Shown here in pieces: positions 16,424 to 31,081 of a stretch of DNA of 64,000 nucleotides. The number at the start of each line of letters is the position of its first letter. Position 1 is the first letter of the stretch. Source of the DNA: the human T2T-CHM13v2.0 reference genome, Homo sapiens. The notes beneath the pieces are model-generated. The model saw only the letters and a program-made list of their open reading frames with translations, made no database searches and had not been told where the DNA came from. The position numbers and the translations under genes were made by a program. Where the stretch lies: the NCBI RefSeq assembly GCF_009914755.1, contig NC_060947.1. The stretch is one strand, 5' to 3'.

Positions 16424-18359
16424 AGTTCTATAGACCAGGTACACATTAGGTGCTCAATAAGGAAGTTTTAAAAGTGAAAGTATGGCGGTCAGGTGCCTGA
16501 TATTTGCAAAGCCTGATCCAAGGTGCCAGGAATTACTAGGAACACAGATATGAATAAGGTTGACTTGGCTTTCTCCTATATATCAAAATAGTAGTCCAAC
16601 CATGGGCATGGATGAGATTGTTCTGCAAGAATATTTCAGGCAGTTGGGCAACCTGTGACCCACAATTTATCTCCATCTAATCCAGGATAAGAGTTTAGAA
16701 ATCAACCTTCATGTCTTTACTTCTCAAAACTGTAAGACCCAAAAAAACAAAAGCCCATGTTCTATTTGACATTCTTTGCCCTATACAGAGTCTAGCCTGG
16801 ATCTTAAGGCTTTGTATTTCCCTTGGGGTGTAATGCATCACTTTTCTATCTTGAATTTCTTAAACATTCTTATTTTTGATCAATGCAACCCTCTTTAAAA
16901 AGTGACAATAATGTGCTCACTTCTGGTGCACAGTGAGGATGGAAGGTCCAGTCCAGCATCCAAAGGAAGGTCACGGCAGAAAGAACCTCTAAAAGAAAAC
17001 CAAAAGAACAGCCAAAAACTGGGAAGACAGACTCAGAGAAGTGTGATCAGGGAATTCAGGAGCAAAGAGCATTTCAACGGATAATGATCAATACCAACGA
17101 GTACTTCAGAGACATCAAGAAGGGCTGAAAAGGGACAAGTGAATGTAACTCCTGTAAATTGTAGAATTATAGTGTATTACAGAGAATGATATTTGAGGAG
17201 CTGAGGTCAATGAGGTTGGATATTTCTTTCAAGAGGAATGGAAGAATTTGTGCCAAGGGATGACTTACCAGGCTTTGTCTGAGCTCATCTCTGCTTGGAG
17301 ACCATGAATTGGGTGTTGGCACATAGGTATGTGGATTTTCAGTTCAATGCAGGGCCAGAAAGTAGGATCACCAAACTTATTGATGATTGAAGTTTTGCTA
17401 GCAGGGAGTGTCACAAAAGGCAACTGGGCAGTGGAATTTGAGTGATTAGCAACAGAAGGACTGAAGTGGCAGATGGTGGTGGGGGATGAGGAAGGAAGAG
17501 AGCTGGTGGCTTGTGATGATGAACTGGAGATTCAAACAAGATTGCAGCAAAGGTGTTGGAAGGCTGGGGCAGAGTGGAAGTGTTTATATTCCAGAGGTTG
17601 AATCATTCCAGGTATTCCCAGGTGCATGGCATGCCTGCTGGATGATGAATGGAAGGCAAGTTCCTGGCGTTGGAGAGGTCATGGAATTGGGAAGCCAGAG
17701 TGTTCAGCTGGTGCCTTCATATGACTGTGTACCAGCAAAGATGCCATGCACGGCTGTCCTGTGATTCCTAGGGCTGATTATCTTTATTCACTTTCATGGT
17801 GGAGGTTTATAGCCAGGCAGAGAGAGGGGATGCATAATGGTTTACTTGCATAATGGTTTACTTTGTAAGGAGGAATGTAGAACCATTATGGACTGCTCAT
17901 TCATTAACTGAGCTTCCAATATTATCAAACACTCAAAATTGAGGCTTGAAAATTATTTCAATCGTTGGTTACCTGCCAACGTTTCAGGTTTTTAACAGGT
18001 TTCAGGGAGTCAGGGAGGTGGTCCATGCACACTAAGAAAGCTGGCTTCCCTCTGTCCAGCACAGACCCATCTGTTAGCTCAATGGCATTAAGGCAGTATT
18101 AAGAGCTAACTGCTGAGACTATACAACTAGTTATCTCTTCATAGCTGTGGCACACATCCCAGTGGGATGTGATGTGCAGGGGGATACACTTGGAGCAATA
18201 AGAAATAGAACGTGGAAGCATTTTGTCTTAAAACTCTTAAGAAAAGCAAATGTATCCCCTAGTCTCTCTCTCATCTGCTTCCGCAGCAATGGTTGGATGT
18301 GGTATGAATTCTTAAATGTGTTTTTAATTTTCATTTTGTTTTAAACATGCGCTTCATAG

Positions 18360-19325
18360 AGTTCAAATAAAGATAAATAAATAGAGCATAGAGCCATGTG
18401 ACACTGGCTCCAGACTAGACAGCATGATGGAACAGAGCAGGAAGCCCAGAAAAAGAATTTCATGTAAAATGTAAATGTAAAGGTGACCCTTCAAGGCAGA
18501 TGGCTAAGAATGGATTATACAATAATTGTGATGGTATGATTAAACTTTTAGGAGAGCGATTGTAGTTAATTCACTACTGTCTGGCATTGTGGTGCTTTGC
18601 ATGTGCTTAAATGGTATAATAATGGTGTTGTGTTGATGGTGATGGTGATGGTGGTGATGCTGATGATGGTGATGATGATGATGATGGTCATGATAGTGAT
18701 AATGTTGATGATGATATGATGGGTATGATGATGGCGATGCTGATGATGGTGGTAATTATGATGATAGTGATGATGGTGGTGAAGATGGTGATAATGATGA
18801 AAATAATGAAGATGAAGAGGAGGAAGCAGGGGGACGTTGTGATGCTCAAAATAAAGAAGTCAATTTTACAAGAAGTATAGAAGATTAAAGTAAGTTGCCC
18901 AAAGTCATGGAGATGGCATATGATGGCTAGGATTTTAATCTTGTCTGTCTTACATACTATGCTATTCTTGCTGTTCCTCATATATTTAAATAAATTCCCC
19001 ATGCAGATTGTGTTTGGAAAATGGAAGTACTGAAGAATTCCAAAAAATATATTGAGATATATTTATCTGATATACAGGATAATTGAGAAAGGTCTTTCTG
19101 AGCACAAAAGCCAAGAAATAACTAACTCAAAGAGAAAGATTGCAGAATTTTACTTCATGAAATCTAAAATCTCCTGATGTCAGGTAAAAATATAACATAA
19201 ACTGAACAAAAAGACCAATGACAAAAGACTTAAAAAGCATGTGCATCATCAACATAAAAAGAAAACTCCTGAGATATAGGAAGAGCTCATACAAAGCAAA
19301 TGATAGAAAGATAAATATCAGAAAA
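18360..19325 (+). mobile_element. Ancient L1M ORF2 3' fragments, interrupted by a simple repeat and a MIR-like piece
   Basis: Degenerate similarity to L1 (atggaacagag.aggaagcccagaaa; ctttctgagcacaaaagcc; tataggaagagctcatacaa). Confidence 0.55.
18620..18825. repeat. Degenerate (GAT/GGT)n trinucleotide repeat
   Basis: gatggtgatggtgatgatgatg... read directly over ~200 bp. Confidence 0.93.
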
Positions 19326-22010
19326 AGACATTGATTATACCAATTTATTGTATCAGTTCATTACACATGTTCTAGCATTGGGCATTATGATTTTAAAAAA
19401 TAAAATGTTTGCTAAAATAACTGAAAGAGATCAGCTCTTTTTAAAAATTACACATACCACATTATACTGATTCCTGAATAGGTCAGACTTTTTTCTTGTA
19501 TTTTTAAAAAAATAATTAAACTACAAAAAAAATCTGTTGCCATTTATCCAGTGGAGTCAGAATCTTTCCTTAATCCCCAATGCTTATAGGAGGACCTGAT
19601 GAAATCTATGGCCACTGAATCCCTTATGAGTCTGCCGCTGATACCATATTACTGTTGTTTCAGCTTACGAGGCATATTTTAAATATTCAGCCAACACCTC
19701 TCATTTATGAATCCCAAGGCATCTATGACACAATGATTAAAACTCAAGTGAAGCAACAAATTGGGCTTTATTTTCACACTGATGTTTTTCTTCATTGGAA
19801 ATCCCCTTTAGGAAATGTCTTTCAAAAGGCTTTAGGTTATCTGTGTGTGTGTGTATGTATGTGTGTGTTTACACATGATATTTTACATTAAATTTATCTC
19901 CCACTCATCCTAAATCACACTTTTTAAAAAATGAGTCTGTGAAATCTACTTATTTTAATAATGCTAATGTAATGTTAATTCCCCAAAGTGGAAACTGCAG
20001 TTAAAAAAAAAGGAAATCCATTGGTTTATTCAGACTGTCAACTCTTGGTATATGCTTGCAGTCATAGCTGAGCTCTGGATCAGATGAAATATGACCTCTG
20101 ATCGTGTCATTGCACACCCGTATTGCTGAGATTGCTGTGATAATCATGAAATTGCAGATAGACAGTATCTTCTCAGGGACTTTTGACAGGGGCTGGTATT
20201 AAGCCTCTGCTGCCTAATGAACCAATTTTTTATTCAAGCAGATCTAGACAGGAGAGAAATGAAATCATTTCCATTACAGACCACTGTTTACCTGAATGCA
20301 ACATGCATAATGAGGTTTTGAAACTTCAGGAAAACATCTAGGAGGTGATGACAACCTCTACATTGCAAAGGAATGACTAATACAAACCCACTTATGCGTG
20401 ATTCTCTTTCCACGATTGCCAAACGTATTTAATAAAGAGACAGTTTAAAAACCGCCAGTTACATGCTTGACTGTAAAGATATATAGTACACTTTAGGATA
20501 TGTGCTGTTTTGCTGTTTGGGAGTGTTTTGTATATACTTTTTAAAATACAAGGCTTTCTCAAATAGGATAGACCATTTGTTACTGGAATATAATTTTATC
20601 TAGGGTTCTTACTCCTTTTCATTACTGCAGGAAGAAAATGAATTTTTGGTAAATTGAAATAAAATCACATATGTCAACATTTTCTATTGATTGTCACTTT
20701 CAGAATTGTGTGTTTGGGAAGCCTTTGTGAGTGACAAGGCGTGGAATGGAGGAGACAGTAGCTATGAGATGCTCGCTGACTGTCCCAGAGTTTATGCTTT
20801 TCTTGTGCCTTCCTACGATGTCTGGACAGCTTTCTCTTCATGCAGAGGCTTAGGATGAAGTCACTGAGAGCTAAGGTCTATGATTTAATGTAGTTCAAGA
20901 GCAGAGTTCTGGGGGTGAGTGTGAGATAGCATGTCACATACCACTTTGCAACAGAAAAAAAAATTTAAATTGTTGCCTCAGTCTTCTGTGTTTTTTTAGT
21001 GTTTTCCACACTTTGTATAAATGTTTTTCTGATTACCAAAGTAATCCGCAGTATGCAAAACCGAAGAATATAGACACAAACAGTACAGAAAGGGAATGAC
21101 CCATGAAATCTCACCCCTAAATAGGCAGCATCATTAATAGTTTGCTGGATAGATTTATTTCTTATATGTTGCCAGTATGACATATTAATATCAAGATTTG
21201 ACTATTAAGAATATTTTACACAAACTCTATATGCTATTCTGCAGTTTTTTCTTTTCGCTCAACTATCTATTTGGTCATTTTTCCATTTCACCATTTCGAT
21301 TTTCATTTTACCTTTCTTAGACTACAATTTGTTTAATCATTCCTCTGTGAGGGACATCTGAGTTCCTTTTTTAAAATTTTTTTATTTTTTATTTTATTTA
21401 TTTATTTATTTATTTATTTGTATTTCAAGTAGTGCTATAAGTGAATATTCTGTAAAGCTGTGTGAACTGGTGGGAATAATTTTGAAATAAAAATTCAGCC
21501 GAGATCAAATTTGCTGGATCAAAGAGCATAAAAAATTTGCTTTCATTTGATATTGCCTAAAATAGGTATACTCTTTTTTTCACCATGATAGTAGGATACC
21601 CATTGATAATCAATGAGAACGCTAATTTCCTCATACTCTTAGCAACCCTGGATATTATCAGTCTCTTTTTCATCTATCGGGTGAAAAATGCTAGTTCACT
21701 ATTTTTTTTTCTATTGTGTGTAGGGTTAGTACAGTGTTGTATTTCTTCTCCCAAGGATTCTTTGGTCACTTTTCTATTGGATTGTAGATCTTTTTCTTAT
21801 TGATTTGTTTGCACTATCTATATGATAAGAACATTAATATTTTACTTATTGTACACTGCAAATATTTTTCCTGCCTTTTTTTTTTTGTCTTTTCATTCTA
21901 TTTAAAGAGTCTTTTGCAATAAATTTTTGTAGTTAAACCTTCATGATGTCTGGGGCTTGTAATTGGAAGATTTTTTTTTTTTAAAGCTTTTCTTACTCCC
22001 CTACAAATTA

Positions 22011-22264
22011 CAGGTTGAGTATCCAAAATACTCAAATATTCATCCAAAATACTCAGGACCAGAAGTGTTTCAGATTTGGAATGCTTTCAGATTTGGGAAT
22101 ATTTATATTATACTCACCAGCTCAGCATCCCTAATCCAAAAATCTGAAACTCAAAATGCTCCAATGAGCATTTCCTTTGTGTGAGCATCATGTTGACACT
22201 CAAAAAGTTCAGGACTTAGGAGCATCTCAGATTTCAGATTTTCAGATGTAGAATACTCAACCTA
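22011..22264. mobile_element. Tigger4/MER46-like non-autonomous DNA transposon
   Basis: Terminal inverted repeats caggttgagtat / atactcaacct flanked by TA. Internal aatccaaaaatctgaaa...aaaatgctcca. Confidence 0.85.
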
Positions 22265-22356
22265 TATGTATACACCCTTTCCCTTGTATTTTCACCCAAT
22301 ATGTATATGGCTTCATGCTTTACAGTTAGATATTTCATCTGTGGAGGAAATTCTGT

Positions 22357-22358
<2 letters not shown>

Positions 22359-22398
<40 letters not shown>
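22359..22398. repeat. (GT)20 microsatellite
   Basis: Perfect dinucleotide run. Confidence 0.97.
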
Positions 22399-22399
<1 letters not shown>

Positions 22400-23377
22400 T
22401 GTGATGGACCATGTGTTATTTGCCTATTCTTGTGAATTTGGGTCTTGATTGATCAGTACTCTTGGCTGGTGTGGGACCTCTTAAAACTTGGGTAGGACAA
22501 GTGTTGGTGGCCCAGTGTTATACTTTGTCTTCAGGTGGTAGGAATCCAGTTAGGATCTTTTCTGCAAGGGCTATGCAGAGGGTCACCATAATGAAACCAC
22601 TGGAAGCCAGGTGGCTGTAGCCCAGTAGTCTCTTCCCATGAGGTCCAGCATTGGCTGATTCATCTAGCTAGATCCACCCTTGAGTGGGCAGCAATAATTA
22701 GTTCAAACCTACACTGTCACTGCAGGAGATTGGGAGTGAAGCCAAGCTCCCCTTGCAAGTACATGAGGTCCTCATGGTGGTCGTGGCATCCACCAGCCAA
22801 ATGAGTTAGGACCACAAGGAGGGCTTCAACTGCTAGAGCTGTCAAGAGCAACCTATGGTTTCTGGGAGCTGCTGATGGCTTCTAACAGCCTCACTTTTGG
22901 ACTGGCTTCTGTAGCCACCATTTCTGGGTGGGGTTTTAGGAGGAGGTGAGGGTCATCAGGTGGTTGGGCTTCCCTTGGTCCCATGGGGCAGCAACAGTGA
23001 TTTGCAACCCATGTGAGCAGGCAGGGGCAAGGTTAGGGCTGGGAAAGTAGTTTGCACACAGGGGAGGGTGGGATGGTTTGGTGACTGTACCCTCCAAGAG
23101 CTATTTTCCTCAGGTGCTACCATTCCCACTTGGATGAGGAGCACAAAGCCTTGAAATCAAGTGAAGGAGGGGCTTTTCTCAATTGCCTCCAAAGGGAGCC
23201 TCCTGCTTTGCTCCCACATGTCTTCCCCAAGCAGTGAGGAGGGAGCAGCTGGCTGGTGCTACTGTGCATCCTTCCCTGACCTGTGGGTCCTTACCTGTGG
23301 AATCTCATCTGTATCCAGGTGTACAGCCATGTCCCCCACTCAGATTCCTATGATGGTCATGAATCCAGGAATATGTC

Positions 23378-23650
23378 TTTTTTTTCCTTAAGAGATGAGG
23401 TCTCGTTTTGTCACCTAGGCTGGAGTGCAGTGGCGTGATCTCGGCTCACTGCAGCTTCAAGCAATCTTCCTGCCTCAGCCCCCCAAGTAGCAGGGACTAT
23501 AAGCATGTGCCACCATGCCCAGCTAATTTTTGTATGTGTGTATGTATTTTGTAGAGACAGGGTTTTACTATGTTGCCCGGGCTGGTCTTGAACTCCTGAG
23601 CTCAGTCAGTTCACCCACCTCAGCCTCCCAAAATGTTGGGATTACAGACA
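23378..23650 (-). mobile_element. AluJ-like element
   Basis: Antisense dimer with an internal deletion. TSD gaatatgt at 23369-23376 and 23651-23658. Confidence 0.9.
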
Positions 23651-24099
23651 GAATATGTTTCTTCTAGAGTAGTTATGTCACTTTTGCAAAGGGAGCTAGG
23701 AAAAAGAAGGAGGCAGAAATTGGTCTATGTTCTCCTTGTTTCTGGAATCTTATGAAACCAGTGCTCAAGCTGTTTAGATTTCTGCATTTAGAAAAGAGGG
23801 AAGAGAAATACAACTCATGAGATCATTTGAAGAGAAGACATTTCTATCCCATGAATGAATGCATACTTAATTGAAAGCAGACAGTTCTTGATCTGAGCCC
23901 TTTCTTTGGCATCATGGGACCATTTTCAAAAACCAAAAGGCCCTTAATGGTACTGGCAGCATTAAATTGGGGGTTCAGTGCTGTGTTGCCATCTCTTCTC
24001 CTTGCTCTTCTTGTGTTCACTGTCACATTAGACTGTGTCCTGTTGTCACGCTGCCGCTGTCATCTGCTCCACTGATAATATTAATACTACTACTAATAA

Positions 24100-24600
24100 A
24101 GTTACTCGTTCTTCTCTCACTATATACTTACTGTCTGCCAGGTGTTATGCATTCATAGTAGTTCTCATGGCAGCCTTCTGCGAATGGAACTGTATTATCC
24201 CATTTTAAAGATGTGTAAACCAAGGTGCATTGGAAGGCAGTAACTAGTCTCAGCAAGCTCACAAAATCAGCAGATTGCAGAGGCAACATTCAGAGCCATG
24301 TGTATATGGTTCCGCCCCACACAGTGTATACTGGGACGATGATATCATACCACTTCTGGCTTCAGCATATTGATGGCAGCAGCGGTGCCAAGAAAGGACA
24401 GACTTTGTGACCAGATTGCATGTGATTCTATCCCCCACTGACCAACCTCTGGCGGTTAAATGTGGGCAGGTGACCTCTCTCACTGAGCCCCCACTTCTTT
24501 CTCTGTAAAATGAGATCATTTCATTGCCTTTCTTGCTGGGGATGTTTTGAAGAGTGCCTTCGGTGTATTAAGCACTGGGCAAACATTCACTATTGTTAGG
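24100..24600. mobile_element. MIR remnants (two, opposite orientations)
   Basis: attatcccattttaaagatg...aaccaagg and gggcaggtgacctctctcactgagcccc...ctgtaaaatgag MIR core motifs. Confidence 0.6.
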
Positions 24601-26565
24601 AAGCCTTCACACAGAGCTTTTGTTGCATCACAGCGTCAGTTGATTCTCTTTTCTGTGCATCTTGACTTTGCCGTCTCTCCTCCAAGTATATTTTATTTTG
24701 CTTTTTGGTAGGAAAGGGGAGCAAATGGCCATAGCTCTCTTAGGGCACAATTTCGTGTGTTCGAGTCTTGTGACCTTTCGTTGGTTTGGTATCTCACCAT
24801 GAGAAAAATGGAGTAAATGAAATATTTCCATAACTTTGTCATCTGAGATCATGTGAGCACGCCTCTCTGCCTGCAATCTGAAGAGTCACTTCTCCAACAA
24901 GCCTCGTGGAGTAGAAATTCAGGATTGCTCACAGAGTCTGCTGGGAGCTAACTGTCTGTCTTAGGGTGATTTCTGGGCTCACCCACTTGGACTGCATCTC
25001 TCAACATGGCATGCAGCGCCCGTGGTTTGGGGGCAACAGTGGCTTAATGCTTTCTTGGGGAGGTAAACACTTAGGAAGGAAAGTTTCTTTACAACAGGAT
25101 ACTGTAAGTCATTTTATTTGCTCTCAAGAAGTAGAAAAAAGAGAAGGTTATAACATAGCATATACTTTCGTATATTACTCCTTCTCAGTGCAAAATGGAT
25201 CTTGTTCATTGGGTACCCCAGATACCACTGAAGCAAAAAAATTAAAACAGAACAAACCTCTGCTGTTTCTGGCGTTACCTTAGTGCCTGCCATACTTAAC
25301 ACAAAATTTCATTTATTTAAGGTCACTCACAGTGAGTGTACCCTGACTAATTTAGCTCATCAATTACTTAAATTTTAAAACAAATACTGATGCTCACCTA
25401 AATGAACTCCATTTAGTCAGTCACGGCAAAATCTAACTGTTGCACCTATTCACACTTCCAGTTTGTAGAAAATTGTTAGTGAAAGAACATTGTTGTCATA
25501 ATTTTTTTTTTATTCTAAGGTAAGACAATAGCCAGAACAAAACAAAAATGACAAAATTACAGCATTTTAAGTCTTTTAACTTTAATCACTTGAAGGTGGA
25601 ATTACCTGTCAAATACCTGTGCCGACAATAGCTATTTCTTGTCTGCCAAGTTTCATCAGTAACAACCATCTATAAATGCTTTTATGCATCCGATTTGTTG
25701 CAAGTAAATATACCATACTTTAGGAAGAAAAAAACCTAGAGAAAACAAGCTTCTTTGACAATCTTTGAAGCTTTGAGCGCTGACTTTGAGAAAAACGATT
25801 TTGTTTTGTTTACACAACTTGACATTTTGGTTTTGCGTAGTGCTGCCTTGCAATTAAGCATAGGAAGGAGAGACGTGAAATGACATTACAATTTATTTGG
25901 AAACAGAGAGAATTGCCATACTTACAGATAGAGTAGATGCTTCTGTGTTACTATTTCTTTGTAACTTTATCCTTGCAGAACTTCCCGAGAGGGTGTCCCA
26001 GCATGGGGATGCATCTGTACAAAACACAGCTCTTGTAGACAGGAGTGGGTCTTGCTCAGATATCGTTGGCCAAGAAGGGCTTCAGTCTATTCAGTTTGGG
26101 AGATGGAAAGGGAGTCTTTGTACAGAACAGTATACACTGAGTTATAACATCCACAAGTGGTGTTACTGCCTGGATCCACATCATAGAATATACATCCACA
26201 TTCATATGGATTTGCATAAAAGCATGCAGCGAACTACACATAATATGTAGCATATTTCCTTCCACCATGTCTCACCCAAAGCCAGTAAATCCTTTAGCTA
26301 CTCATGGCTCTGCAGATGGCTTCTGCTTGGTTTGGTCCATAGTCTTGTCGTTCCTTACCATGTTCTGCATTGCATGCCATGTGCTTTGATCCACTGCATG
26401 CCATATGCCAAGTTGACCATTCACAGAATAGTCATTTCCTGGAGGAAGGTCTTTATTCTAATGAAATTGCTCAGTCCCTCTGCTTGCAATTGCATCAGAG
26501 TCCTGCTTGAAGCATTTCTTAATTTAAGAGTATTCCAAAGAATACTTTTCTCACTTTGCCACTGA

Positions 26566-26709
<144 letters not shown>

Positions 26710-27576
26710 TGATATTTGGCATTGGCTTCTCTTTGTGCTTTTAAAGCAAGAGTGGGTAGGGTGGCAGGGCTTGCCTCTGTTTTGGGAGGGAGAAGAATGA
26801 CTTTCTAGGTGACTGCTGTCTAAACACTAGTTCAATGCAACAAGCCTCATTGGCTCTCAGTTGCCATCTCTACTTCCGGGTTAGACTTCTGTGCCCTTGG
26901 GCAGCCTCCTGGAGTGTGATAGTTGAACTATTCATGCCCCTGAACATGAGCCCCACAAAAATGTTTATTGGACTTCTTTACTTGGTACTTTTTAAAGAGT
27001 TGAGGAATGGAACTTCTACATAAAGCCAGTATCAACTGAAGTATGATTAAAGACAAGGCCGGAACACTAGGGACATAAAGATGAGAAACTCTTCATTGCC
27101 TCTCCTCGACTATCTGGTATGAGTGGCAGTGCTGGAGTTATTTTCCACTGAATTCCTCAATGATTCTTTTTGTGACCCATTTGCCCACTAATTTGATATT
27201 CCCCATATGTGCTGTAGTCAGAATATAGCATGCTTTCAATGGCATTAATGTTAAATCCTTTGCTCTTGCAGGTGAATCCACATCTTCGAAAATGGCATTT
27301 TTTTTTCTTCCATCATCCTATTCTTGATTTTAAATGTATGCCTCAGTTACACCCATATGGAAAGCTCAAAGTAAACCAGGGTATCAGAAAACCCAGTGAT
27401 AACAGTGCAGCAAGAATGAAGGATATGTAGATATTGTGTATGTTTTTCTTCTCTCTCCACTTTCTATTTGAGTTTCCAGTAAATCTGCATTTGTGACAAA
27501 ATAGTAAACTTTGCAGAAAGAGGTTTTTGCAACCTCAGATTACAGATGGAAACAGTACATAGCAGGAAAAATAGCA

Positions 27577-27695
27577 GAAGGGTTAGCTTGAGACCAGGTG
27601 TTTGAGGCTACAATGAGCTATGATTGCACCACTGCACTCCAGCCTGGGCAACAAAGTAAGACCCCATCTCTAAAATAAATTTAAAAAAAATAAAA
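27577..27695 (+). mobile_element. Alu right-arm fragment (AluJ/FRAM-like)
   Basis: gaggctacaatgagctatgattgcaccactgcactccagcctgggcaac followed by an A tail. Confidence 0.85.
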
Positions 27696-30600
27696 TTTGA
27701 GAGAGATGGGGTAAGGGCATTATGGCCAGACCAAGGTAGGCCTGGAGAGCCAAAAAAAACTTTTAACTGTAATACATAGTTGAAAATCCATTGTATAGAG
27801 TATTGATTTTGGTCCTCTACATTAATTTAGCTTATAAATCATTAATCTCTGAGTCTTATCAAGTCTATAATGATGTTACCATGTTTAAACATCTGCAAAC
27901 CTAATTTCAGGTTCTTGAGCCTGAAACTAATATTATCTTACCTGGAATTTATATCTCAAATTAAAATTAATAGTGTTTAATGTTGTCTTATAAATTATTT
28001 CTATCGTTTCCATGGTATCTTCCATTTATTATGGTATCTTCCAAGAAGATACCATAAGAAATTATCAAAGAATCAAGTTATCAATTATCATGACCACGCT
28101 AAAATGGTCATGATGGAATGACCATTAAAAGACCATTTGGCTAGTTAATTCAGATGGGATTAATAAAAGTACATGAGAGCATCTGAATACTATCAATAAT
28201 TAGCAGCAACACAATTGCACCACAATAATAATAAACATTTAAGACTTACAATAGCTAAAATGCAAAAGCATTTAGTCTATTTTAGTCACATCTCTAAGCA
28301 CAATCTTAGTCATGCGTCTAAACATGGATTACTTAATGTAATCCCTACAACTATGCTACAAGATACTTTTATCATCACCTCTGGTTTAAAGGCAACAAAG
28401 CAAAATTTGGTTAGGTTGAGCAACTTGTGTCAGGATTGCCCAACAGCCACTACACTATAGAGCTTCTTGGCTGCATGAGAAGAGTTCTGGATTGTGAATT
28501 GAATTCAGACAGTAGACCTACCTGGTTGCTGGGGAGAGTCTCCTGCTCTGGAGCTGCAGGTTGTGTATAAGACAAGTCTGTTTGGACCAATGGCCTCTGA
28601 CAGTTTTCTTCTCACTCCTGTATTCTAGTATTCCATCAAGTCCTGAGTTCTTGAGTTTGCCTCAGATACTATAAAGATATCTGGGTTCAAAGTTAAACAA
28701 GGGATGTGGAGGACAGTAGAAGCTATGGGTACTACAAGGGTGTTTTGGGTAATGCTTTTTCTGCCATCTAACCATTCCAAGCACATTTAATTTTGCTAAT
28801 TAAGTCTTTCAAGGCATAGAAAGGAACGACATTAGAATCCATGAGTTTGAGTTAAAGCTGTGTTCTAAATAATACTCCACTGAATACCAATGTGTATATT
28901 TGAAAAGTGAGGTCAAAATTAGGGGTCAGAACTAGAGTTGAATACCTGTTGCTTTAAAGTCATGGCCCAATTATAGCTCAGTCAAAAAAATCTAGTGGAA
29001 CATTCCTCCTCCATGAATTTATTCAGCCTGCTTGAAATAATTGAATTAATTAATTGGATTAAATGAAGTAATATATTTAGAGTAGTGAGCATAGTGCCTG
29101 GCTTGCAAGACAGGCTCAATAAATGGTAACTGCTATCATTATTATTATCATTATTGTTATGATTACTCTTCTTTCCACAGATGTGTAAAGCATCTTTGCT
29201 TAAAATGTGCCTATACCTCCATTACATTGAGTAGAAAAATCATAGATGAGAAAACGTCTATAATGGAAAACTAAGCAGATATTTGCATCATCTTATCTTT
29301 TTTATTACTAGCTCACCTTATATTTAAGGTATCTCTGGTAGGACCCACGGTCCCTAGAAGGGCCCACCAATAGCATTGGTATTAAGGATCTTGGGGAAAG
29401 ATCTGCTTCTCTCGACTAACACTGCAAGTCCCCACATAAAGCAAACAGATCATCCTGGAGTTAGGAGGATATTGCAAAGAAGCTGTGACTGGCAAACTGA
29501 AGGTTGCATGGATTAAGGAGGTTGCAAAACATAAAAGATGAGTTTACCAAGGCATTAATCAATCTGTCCATGTTTTAATTCAAGTGGAAAGAAAGGCTTG
29601 GACCTGTGACTGATGTACAAGGTGTCAGCAAAGGAAAACATCATTTTCAATTTTGTATCTTCAGCTTTAGAGATGGTAAAATCCAATGCAAAGACCTAGT
29701 TGTAGCATGAACGTGAGTCTCAATGGTGTGGTAGAGCATCATAAATATGAAGAATTCTGAAGGGCTTTGTTTCCCAGTCCATTGTTCATAGCCTCTGGCC
29801 ATTCTCGACTCACAGTCCTCCCTCCCTTGTGGCTCAGTCTGGAGGTTTAAGGTTGCACCTCCAGTTGGATATTGCTGGAGAAGTTCTGGCTGATCTGTGT
29901 CCAGAGCTTTGCATTGACTTCTGTCATAGAAATGATGCAATGAGCATCTGTGCAACCTCCTACTCCATGGCACAGGCTGGGTTACCTCCCAGGGCAAGTT
30001 CAGCTGATGGCCATACCAAACAGCAAATGGCTGTACCCGATTACCCAATCTCTATCTTTGCAAGAAGAGAAAGTCCAGGAAATACAATGGCATTGCTGGA
30101 TCAAGAATTGAAAGACAGTGTGCTCACTTTGAACTCTGCTCTTTCAAAACATGTCCTGCTAGTCTGAATGCCCATGGCTCAGGGAAACCACTCTATTGTG
30201 ATGTCGATAACCCTATGGAAACGATGTCCAAAGTGGCTTCCCTTGAGCTACAGGCATGCTGACTTTGGGTCTTCTCCCAGACACCGGAAGGAGTATAGTT
30301 CCACAGAACAGGTACAATGACTTTGTTCTTCCCCGCACCTTTTCCCATCTATGCAGGAAAACACTGGTGTGCCCCATGAACGTGAGAACAAGTTGGAGTT
30401 ATTTAAATTATTTCCAGCAAATGCAACACCCTGGAAAACACACAAGTTATTGTTAATCCAAGAAAATAGTGGAGTAGAGCCGTGAAGGCATCCCAGATGG
30501 TGAGAGCAGATGCAAGTGCAGGAGGGTAAATCACACATTACGACTGCCATTAGGGCAAAGATGGGTTTAATGGAGGAAATCACAACATTATCACAACAAC

Positions 30601-30917
30601 CAGGTACAACACAATATAAGAATTAATTACCAGGGGACAATATGAACTCAGGAACAAACCAAAGAGGGAAACCCAGTCAAGTGAAGACAGGGTTATCTGT
30701 AGAATGGCGACATTGCACTCTTACAGTTTTCCATGTTTTAAGTACCCTAATAATTCCGATTATATGCATAGTATGATTATTTACTATGTTTGAAAGTTAT
30801 GTGTCAAATTGTCTGAAACTAGCCAAGTCTCATTATGAGCATTGTTACTGAGAACTGTGAAATTCCAGCCATCTCTTTTTATATGTCAACATTGATTAAG
30901 CATTTAGTCGCAGGTAA

Positions 30918-31081
30918 CCTTTCCTCTCAAAGTGTGGTTCTTGGGCAGGTACCATCAGCATTATGTAAGAGCTTTTTTTTTTTTTTTTAGAAATTCTCAG
31001 ATCCCCACTTTAGGTTTACTGAATCAGAACCTTCATTTTAGCATGGTCATGAATTAGCCAATTGAAATTCAAGAAACATTG
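30918..31081. mobile_element. MER5A-like hAT-Charlie fossil
   Basis: tctcaaagtgtggt...catcagcat...tagaaattctcag...tactgaatcagaa. Confidence 0.7.

Noticed and set aside
18688-19002. Ile/Thr-rich hydrophobic ORF resembling a membrane protein
   Set aside because: It is the antisense translation of the (GAT)n repeat.
29647-30583. Cluster of 110-133 aa ORFs suggesting a processed pseudogene or nested gene
   Set aside because: No recognisable protein similarity, the ORFs overlap on both strands, and I see no poly(A) or TSD. Possibly ancient repeat-derived.
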